DNA from: a virus
Taxonomy: Duplodnaviria > Caudoviricetes
Reading direction: 5' to 3' (one strand)
Length of the DNA stretch: 24,040 bases
IMG/VR virus record: IMGVR_UViG_3300020410_000062
Coordinates: 1-24,040 of that record
Shown here: positions 17,486-24,040 of the stretch, in pieces
Numbering within the stretch: position 1 is the first letter of the stretch
Layout of the letters: the number at the start of each line of letters is the position of its first letter
Position numbers and translations under genes: made by a program
The notes under the pieces: model-generated
Seen by the model: the letters and a program-made list of their open reading frames with translations, nothing else
Database searches by the model: none
Told to the model about the DNA's origin: nothing

Positions 17486-18003
17486 TATCTTGCTCCTAAT
17501 AATGATTCAGCACGCATTGGCTGATCGTCTTCTAACCGTTCTGTTACTCTGTCAGGAAATTCTTCTCCCGGCTCTGGTTCTTCTATAGTTCCTACAGCCT
17601 GTCCAAACATAGAAACATCTTCCTCGTCATCATCCTCATCATCTTGGATAACAAATTCAATCTGCGCTCTCTCTGCTAAAGCTGCTATCATGTAAGCTAA
17701 AGGCTCTGCTAAGATAAGCATCATGTCGGGATTAAAAAGACCTTCTTGAAATCCTTGGTAAAGAAAAGTCTTTACTAGATCCATGACTGCAACACCACTT
17801 TCTAAAGAGTCCATTAAAGGGTCATAGATTTCTTCAGATGTAAACAAATCAAAATAATATTCTAAGCCATCACTCTTAGTAACAATCTGAGGAGGACTTT
17901 CCCAAGGTCTAGGATCATCTGGACTAACCGTTAAAGATTCCCCCGGAATTGCTCCGTCTAGTGAAGTCCCTTCTTTAAAAAACATTTCATCTATTTCAGA
18001 CAT
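17485..18003 (-). CDS. Acidic putative virion-associated protein (172 aa)
   Basis: AIPGESLT..P..P.PWE.PP N-terminal motif, GLFNPDMMLILAEP helix and an acidic tail. TAATG-coupled on both sides. Confidence 0.75.
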   Translation of the reverse strand: MSEIDEMFFKEGTSLDGAIPGESLTVSPDDPRPWESPPQIVTKSDGLEYYFDLFTSEEIYDPLMDSLESGVAVMDLVKTFLYQGFQEGLFNPDMMLILAEPLAYMIAALAERAQIEFVIQDDEDDDEEDVSMFGQAVGTIEEPEPGEEFPDRVTERLEDDQPMRAESLLGAR

Positions 18004-19265
18004 TATGGTGTCAACCTTCTAGCTAGATTTTGTTCATATAGTCCGGGATTTAATACATGTTCCACAGGATTAAGAGGATACCCCGGAGAAGTGTCTAATA
18101 ATTTTCTTATCTCTAAAGCGTAGTTTTGTACTTGCGACTGTGGATTTAAAGACATAGCAGTTTGTTGAGCAACTAGTGGATTTGGTGAGTACATATTTCG
18201 TCCAGTCCAAGCTTGTTCATATTCTGGTTGATCTTGACCCATAGCACGTTGAAAACCCAGATTTACAGTTTGACCTACAACTGCTGTTTGCGCCTTATCC
18301 ATTATCCTGCTAGGACTAAGAAGACTTTTAAAAAATCCTTTGTCTTCAGTAGAACGGAAAAAATCTCCACTTTCATCTGCAATATCAAAAAGTTCTGGCT
18401 CAGAGTAAAGGGGGTCAGTACCTTCAAAACTTATATTTGCTTTTCCTGATTGAAAAGGTACTGCTTTATCATATTCTAATTTATGAGGAGTAAATTTATA
18501 CTCGCTTTTCGTTTTTACTGTTCTTGTGTCATATTCAACTGAACCAATATCATCTGGTTTGACAGAAGTCCACTCATCATCAACTTTGTATTGGTCTACT
18601 ACCTTAAATTTATCTTTTTTTATTGGATCAACATAACCACCTTTACCAGTATTAGGGTCGTAGGCCGCAGTAATTTTGTTACCGTCTTTCATTTCTATTA
18701 TTTCTCCCGCACTGTTTTTAACTCGCGGCATAGTACCATTAGCAATAGCTGTGTTTATATCTACCTTAGTAGCCTTAACACCTCTCCACTCAGCACCTGT
18801 GATACCCTGTTTAATTTTAGTCCAGTCTTTACTCATTCCTGATGTAAAAGTATGACCATCAAAAACATTACCACCTCCAAAAAAACGAGACATGCCGTTC
18901 ATGGCACTTTTTCCAAAGTTAGTTATTACTTTCGTAATACTTTCAAAAGGAGCTTTTACAAGGTTTACTGCTTGGATTCCTACACCCATAGTATGTCCCA
19001 AAGCTTTTGCAAACATGTTTGTACTTCCAGCTAAGTTTCCTGCTAACTGACTTAAAGAAGTAATCTTACTTAGTCCAAGCATACTTCCTAATCCATTAGC
19101 AAAAAGACTACCAATTCCTGGCAATATCATTGACATAGCTATCTGACCAAGCCATCCTATCTTGCCCATAAACTTACCAAATTTCTGGAAACCTTTTTTT
19201 ATACCTTTTCCGATTTTTTTAAAGGTCTTTTTTACACCTTTCCAAACTTTTGAAAAAAATCCCAT
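18003..19265 (-). CDS. Putative membrane-active pilot/ejection protein (420 aa)
   Basis: Cationic amphipathic N-terminus followed by Gly-rich hydrophobic helices. TAATG-coupled within the cassette. Confidence 0.65.
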   Translation of the reverse strand: MGFFSKVWKGVKKTFKKIGKGIKKGFQKFGKFMGKIGWLGQIAMSMILPGIGSLFANGLGSMLGLSKITSLSQLAGNLAGSTNMFAKALGHTMGVGIQAVNLVKAPFESITKVITNFGKSAMNGMSRFFGGGNVFDGHTFTSGMSKDWTKIKQGITGAEWRGVKATKVDINTAIANGTMPRVKNSAGEIIEMKDGNKITAAYDPNTGKGGYVDPIKKDKFKVVDQYKVDDEWTSVKPDDIGSVEYDTRTVKTKSEYKFTPHKLEYDKAVPFQSGKANISFEGTDPLYSEPELFDIADESGDFFRSTEDKGFFKSLLSPSRIMDKAQTAVVGQTVNLGFQRAMGQDQPEYEQAWTGRNMYSPNPLVAQQTAMSLNPQSQVQNYALEIRKLLDTSPGYPLNPVEHVLNPGLYEQNLARRLTP

Positions 19266-22200
19266 TATAGTGTTACTCCTGTTATCTCTTCCATTAACTT
19301 AAATAACTTAGTTCTTTTAAATTTAAACTCCACATTTGTCATAAAAGATTCACTTGCTAGTCCAGAATTAATTAATGCTACAATTCTTTCGTTCCTAGTT
19401 AATTCTCTTGTAAAGTCTCTATTTGACTGATCTCTTATTTCTTGCCACATCTGAGCCTGAGCAGCCGTACTCATTGCAAAAGAATTTTGAGCATTCTGAG
19501 CATTAACCGTATTTTGTGCTGCAGTATCTATTGTGTTGGCTTTTCTACGCCATTCAACATTAGATTGTTCAACTGCTTGAGCATTAGCAGCATTCCACTG
19601 TTCTCTTTGGAAATCTAATTTAGAGTTAAATTCTCTAGCAGCCGTTTCCATTTGAGCATTAAACTTACTAACATCTGTTTCGTTTTGTGCATTTATAGCT
19701 CTTGCTCTATTTTTTTCAGCAACATTAAACTGTTCCATAGCGTTTAGCTGAGTAACATTAAACTGTTGCATTTGTTGAGCCATATTAGCATTAAACTGAT
19801 TTACTTGATTTGCAGAAGTAGCATTGAACTGTCTTGAAGAATTTTCAGAAGCTTGATCAGATAGTATTCTTTGTTGACGAAGTTGCTGATCTAAAATAAT
19901 ACCTTGTTGAGCATTATTCAAATTAGCCATGTCCATCTGTAAGAAGTTTCTAGCATTTTGTATTGAAGCTTGAGTTTTTAAATCCGCAGCTTGCATATCC
20001 ATAGCCGCTAAAGATGCTGCATCTTGCATAATAGTTTGTTGTCTGTTATTTAAATCTGTAGCAGTCATAGTTTGTAAAAACTTACTATTGGCTAATTCAG
20101 TCTGCTGTTCAAAATTAAATTGTGTCATATCTAAATTAGCATTTACTTGAGCATTAAACATAGCTGCTGATTGTTCGTTACTTAAGTTAGCTAATCCCAT
20201 CTGTTGTGCAAGCTGTGCATTAACTTCCCCAGCCCTCATACGTTTCTCAAACATTTGTAACTGAGTTACGTTTTCAGCAGACATACTTTCAGAATCGGCT
20301 CTATTTTTAGAATCAAGATTTGCTAATTCTATTTTTTCTTGCATACTTAACTTAGCTAAATCTGCTCTCTGTTTTAACTCTTCGTTCATAGACATAACTT
20401 GAACATGAGTATTTAACTCTTGAAAACGAAATCTATTTTCTTCAGTAAAGTTTGCAGCATCAGTAGAAATTCTATCTTGAAGCTCAGCAAGTTCTATCTG
20501 TTGTTCGTTAGCTAAATTAGCAAGATCCATTTGCTGTGCAAACTGAGCATTAGTTTTCCTAAAATCTACTAACGTGTTTAAATTAGCAAGATCTGTCTGC
20601 TGCTCTGCTGTCATATTAGCTCTAGAAGTAGCGTTCTTTTCAGAAAGTTCTGAAAGCTCTACTTTTAATTTCGCATCGAGATTAACTTCTTCCATACGCT
20701 GATCAAGTTCAGCTTGTCTAACAGATCTTTGTATCTTAGCTGTTAATTCAGCAAGCTCAAATTGATTATCAGCAGTAAAGTTAGCTGAATCTGTAGCTAT
20801 TTTATCCTGTAGTTCTGCATACCTCATTTGCTGGTCATTGCTTAAATTAGCAAGTTCCATCTGTTGGGCTAACTGTACATTAGTCTTTTTAAAATCTACA
20901 AGAGTTTGAAAATTTGTAAGACGTTCTTGTTGTTCAGCAGTCATTCTATCTCTAGCTGCTAAATTTAAATTATTAAGGTCTATAGCTTCTATTTGTAATT
21001 CTGCACTAATATTAGCTTTTTCCATATCCTGCTCAAAATCAGCTTGACGCATAATTTTATTTATATCAGCATTATATTTAGCTAAACGGCCAGCAGACTC
21101 TGCATCCATGTCTTTAGCAGCTCTAAGACTTTCAGCTTTTAAGTTAGCTAAGTCCATCTGTGCATTTGCACTAAGTGTAGCAATAGCAGCCTGTTGTCTT
21201 TGACTAGATTCCTGAGAAGCCCTTTGTTGAGCAGCCTGGAAATTAGCCATTTCAGTTTGTTGAAGTTGTTCACCAGACAGTATTTTTGCCTGCTGATTAA
21301 ACTGTCCCTGCTGTACTTTAATCTGTTGAGCCATAGAAGCAGTTTGAGAAGCTGCAGTTTGTCTGTTAGCAAGATTCTGCATTCTTACTTGCATAGTATT
21401 CTGTGCAGAAGCTAAATTAGCCTGTTGTTCGTTGCTAAGATTTTGCTGTGCCCTTTGTTGTAGAGCTTGAGCGTTGCTCTGAGCCATTGGTAAAGCACTT
21501 TGAATAATTGCATTAAACAAAGCATCACGGCCTACAGAAGAAGCAGATAAGCCTCTACTAGCCATCATCTGTTCTACAGCAGCTACTGCCGGTCTTGCCC
21601 ATAAAGGCGTCTTACCTTCTTCCATACCAGCAAGAAGATTACTCATCTGTGTAGATACTAAAGCTTCTTCAGGAAGAGCCGCTACTGCTGCTATTACTTT
21701 AGGATCAGGATCAGTATCTAATTGAGCTGTTACTTTTGCAGGATCTTCTGAAATAGCTGCTGTAATTTCTTCAGGAAGGTCAGCTACAACTTCATTCATA
21801 ACTGCAGCACCGGCCATCCTTTCTCGGCCTTTAACAGCTTCCATTTGAGCAGCAGCAAAGGTAGGTATACCACCAATTTCTGCAGCAGTACCTACAGGAG
21901 GTTCACCTAATATTGCTTCTCGGCCTTCTAAATCTAAAGAAGGAGCCTCTCCTAGTTGTTTGGCTATTCTTTTAGCAGCTTCTTGAACCTGTTCTACCCT
22001 TGTAGCAGCTTTTTGAAATGCTGGGGTATCATCAATGTCAGTATTGCCACCCTGAGGTTGGTAATCAGCAGCGTAGTACTCGGCTGTAGCTTGATCAGTA
22101 ATCTGTGCAGCCGCATCTCCCATATCTTGAGCAATAGGAAGACCAGTCACAGGATCAATCCTAGTAGCAGCTTCACCTGTCTGTTCGGTTCTTGTTGCTA

Positions 22201-23539
22201 TCTGATTTTTATACTCAGGAAGATCTTCTAAAGCAACTCCACGCTCTTGAGCAAGATTAGTAAGTCTTGTAATAACTTCTGGAGATATGTCTCTACCAGT
22301 TCTGGTAGTTACAGTAGGCTCACTTATATCATCTGCAATCTCATAAGTTTCATCAGTAGTAACACCTTCAGCATATTCAGAAGTTATTTCAGGCTGTTTA
22401 TTGAGCCATTCTTCGTAAGCATCTCTTTGAGCGGGATTAGGCCACCACTGACCATCAGAAGATTGAGACATGACCGTAGGTGATATAACATTTTCACCCT
22501 TTTTAAATTCGGCACTTTTTAAAAATTTTTCTTTCTGTTCTTCAGGAGAAAGTTTTTTTCCTGGCCTTTCTACTGCAGTTGCTTTTGCAGCTTCTTCTTG
22601 TTCTGTGTCTCGTTGTGCAGCAGTAGTAGCAGTTACATCAGCAGAAGCGGCTGTAGGTTCTTTTGAAACAGTTCCAGTAGCACCAACAGTAGCAGCTAAA
22701 TCATCAGCTTTAGCAGCATCATAAGTTATAGCATCTACAGCTTTTGTAGTTTTAGGTGCTGATTTTGACCATTCTTCAAAAGATTTTTGTAAAGCTTCAT
22801 CAGCTCTGTCTTGATATTTTTCAAGTTGTTTTTTTAATTTAGCTTTATTTTTTGCATAATTAGCTAATCCAGATCTACCTAATCTTGATTTATTTTTATC
22901 ATAATCTTCTTTTAATTTTTTAAGTTTATCTTCGATACGTCCTACAGCTTCAGGTGTATGTTTTTCAACAGCTACTTGATACTCATCACTGGTTTTCCAA
23001 TTTTCTTGCATTTCTTCAGGAGTAAAAGGTCTACCTACACCTACAGCAGTTTCAGCTTTACCTTTTCTAGTTCTATAAGTAGAAGCTTTAGCATCTTCTG
23101 CACTAATATAATCAGAAGCTGCTATTTCTTCTATATCTTCTTTTTGAGTTATAGTAGAAGGATCTACACCAGTGTCTTTAACTAATTTAGAAGGATCTTG
23201 CCCAAATGTAGGGAAAGCTAAAGCTTCTCCTGTAGTTCTCTGCTGACCTAACTCTTTTGCAGCTTTAACTTCTGTTTCATCGTACAGAGGAGGAGCTTCT
23301 ATCGGAGGTTTTGTTCCACCATCCCCACCACCGTCATCCTGTCCTGATGGTTTTTTATTATGTACATGACCATTCGGGCCCACCCATATTATACCAGAAT
23401 CAGTTTCTATTGTTTCATGTGTACCGCCTTGATCAAAACCAACACGTCCACCAGACCTCAGATCTTGCCTGGGAATACCAGCACGCGCTCTAGATTTTTT
23501 AAAGCTTTTAGTATTTCTCCGAGATCTTTTCTTACTCAT
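19265..23539 (-). CDS. Large virion protein with acidic low-complexity N-half and Gln/Asn/Ala-rich hendecad-repeat C-half (1424 aa)
   Basis: AAGGA RBS and ATGA overlap. Basic N-terminus, an acidic Ala/Thr/Glu/Pro-rich region, then about 660 Pro-free residues in an 11-residue register. Confidence 0.8.
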   Translation of the reverse strand: MSKKRSRRNTKSFKKSRARAGIPRQDLRSGGRVGFDQGGTHETIETDSGIIWVGPNGHVHNKKPSGQDDGGGDGGTKPPIEAPPLYDETEVKAAKELGQQRTTGEALAFPTFGQDPSKLVKDTGVDPSTITQKEDIEEIAASDYISAEDAKASTYRTRKGKAETAVGVGRPFTPEEMQENWKTSDEYQVAVEKHTPEAVGRIEDKLKKLKEDYDKNKSRLGRSGLANYAKNKAKLKKQLEKYQDRADEALQKSFEEWSKSAPKTTKAVDAITYDAAKADDLAATVGATGTVSKEPTAASADVTATTAAQRDTEQEEAAKATAVERPGKKLSPEEQKEKFLKSAEFKKGENVISPTVMSQSSDGQWWPNPAQRDAYEEWLNKQPEITSEYAEGVTTDETYEIADDISEPTVTTRTGRDISPEVITRLTNLAQERGVALEDLPEYKNQIATRTEQTGEAATRIDPVTGLPIAQDMGDAAAQITDQATAEYYAADYQPQGGNTDIDDTPAFQKAATRVEQVQEAAKRIAKQLGEAPSLDLEGREAILGEPPVGTAAEIGGIPTFAAAQMEAVKGRERMAGAAVMNEVVADLPEEITAAISEDPAKVTAQLDTDPDPKVIAAVAALPEEALVSTQMSNLLAGMEEGKTPLWARPAVAAVEQMMASRGLSASSVGRDALFNAIIQSALPMAQSNAQALQQRAQQNLSNEQQANLASAQNTMQVRMQNLANRQTAASQTASMAQQIKVQQGQFNQQAKILSGEQLQQTEMANFQAAQQRASQESSQRQQAAIATLSANAQMDLANLKAESLRAAKDMDAESAGRLAKYNADINKIMRQADFEQDMEKANISAELQIEAIDLNNLNLAARDRMTAEQQERLTNFQTLVDFKKTNVQLAQQMELANLSNDQQMRYAELQDKIATDSANFTADNQFELAELTAKIQRSVRQAELDQRMEEVNLDAKLKVELSELSEKNATSRANMTAEQQTDLANLNTLVDFRKTNAQFAQQMDLANLANEQQIELAELQDRISTDAANFTEENRFRFQELNTHVQVMSMNEELKQRADLAKLSMQEKIELANLDSKNRADSESMSAENVTQLQMFEKRMRAGEVNAQLAQQMGLANLSNEQSAAMFNAQVNANLDMTQFNFEQQTELANSKFLQTMTATDLNNRQQTIMQDAASLAAMDMQAADLKTQASIQNARNFLQMDMANLNNAQQGIILDQQLRQQRILSDQASENSSRQFNATSANQVNQFNANMAQQMQQFNVTQLNAMEQFNVAEKNRARAINAQNETDVSKFNAQMETAAREFNSKLDFQREQWNAANAQAVEQSNVEWRRKANTIDTAAQNTVNAQNAQNSFAMSTAAQAQMWQEIRDQSNRDFTRELTRNERIVALINSGLASESFMTNVEFKFKRTKLFKLMEEITGVTL
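19481..21460 (-). repeat. About 60 tandem degenerate 11-aa (33-nt) repeats with a 110-aa (330-nt) super-repeat
   Basis: Manual parsing from residue 694 keeps register without indels. Equivalent QQ positions lie at 20201, 20531, 20861 and 21191, exactly 330 nt apart. Confidence 0.88.
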
Positions 23540-23766
23540 ATTAAATCCTTAAATAATGTAACTACTATAGCCCCTGAGGTAGTGAGGACCGTGCCAATAA
23601 GTAACCATGCCACGCGCTCCCAACGGGCTGCATGCGAGTCAGTCTGCTTTCTAAGCTCTCGTAACTCATGGGTTGCCTCCATCCATCTTTCACCACATTC
23701 TTTCTCGTGTTCTGCGATTTTCTGGAGAGCTTGCATAGCGAGTTCATTGGAAGATAATTCACTCAT
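23536..23766 (-). CDS. XhlA/hemolysin-like small membrane protein (possible holin-associated)
   Basis: HEKEC..R motif, a coiled coil and one C-terminal hydrophobic helix (VAWLLIGTVLTTSGAIVVTLF). Confidence 0.65.
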   Translation of the reverse strand: MSELSSNELAMQALQKIAEHEKECGERWMEATHELRELRKQTDSHAARWERVAWLLIGTVLTTSGAIVVTLFKDLI

Positions 23767-23767
23767 T

Positions 23768-24040
23768 TTACCAAGGTGTGCCAGATTTTACAGAGGGACT
23801 TACTTTTGCAGCTATTGATTCTTCTATGCGCTCTTCAATTTCAGCTTTATTTACTTTTGTATATAACCACTCTAAACACTTTGTTTCAGTCAAGTCGCTA
23901 TAAGCAATAAACCCCGCTGCGTCCGCTGCTATCTCGTCAAGAGCTACAGAACCATAATTGTCTGCAGTGTGTAACTCTCCATTAGCTTCTTTTGAGTCGA
24001 AGCATCGCCAATGTACATTTGTAACGATCTTGTCGGAATT
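23768..24040 (-). CDS. 3' part of a small putative tail-fibre-associated protein (partial; not in ORF track)
   Basis: NSDKIVTNVHWRCFD...YGSV...GFIAYSDLTETKCLEWL...KSGTPW*. I recognise the VHW / FIxYxDLTE / terminal PW pattern from small genes found near tail genes. Open to the window edge. Confidence 0.65.
   Translation of the reverse strand, partial: NSDKIVTNVHWRCFDSKEANGELHTADNYGSVALDEIAADAAGFIAYSDLTETKCLEWLYTKVNKAEIEERIEESIAAKVSPSVKSGTPW

Noticed and set aside
12806-23818. + strand ORFs opposite the large virion genes, including the 152-aa ORF at 23360-23818
   Set aside because: Their Ser/Phe/Cys-rich composition is what antisense reading of biased codons produces. No recognisable RBS or domain.
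1-24040. tRNA/ncRNA genes, phage RNA polymerase promoters, integrase/att sites
   Set aside because: After adding the small ORFs, intergenic gaps are at most about 13 nt, and I saw no repeated promoter-length motif or cloverleaf. Elements hidden inside genes cannot be excluded by eye.

Overview
A 24-kb, AT-rich, almost fully coding segment of a dsDNA tailed phage with T7-supergroup-style replication genes, resembling marine podovirus-like phages. The + strand arm (1-8078) carries the end of a primase/helicase, a family A DNA polymerase (Tyr762 type), an HNH-like nuclease, a Cas4-like PD-(D/E)XK nuclease, an endonuclease I-like resolvase, DUF3310, a class II (B12-dependent) ribonucleotide reductase, ThyX and several small ORFs. 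The - strand arm (24040-8071) carries a partial tail-associated gene, an XhlA-like membrane protein, a five-gene ~13-kb cassette of probable internal virion/ejection proteins, an M15 endolysin, a holin-like gene and small late genes. The arms meet at overlapping stop codons. The strongest unexplained signal is the 1424-aa protein, which has about 60 uninterrupted Gln/Asn-rich 11-residue repeats with a 110-residue super-period, resembling a greatly lengthened phiX174 H-type DNA tube. Also notable are a shared R-x-x-[FYL]-x-x-G-G motif in two virion proteins and a likely ATC start codon for the resolvase. No tRNA, rRNA, CRISPR array, integrase or intron was seen. All functional calls come from motif recognition by eye, not database searches.
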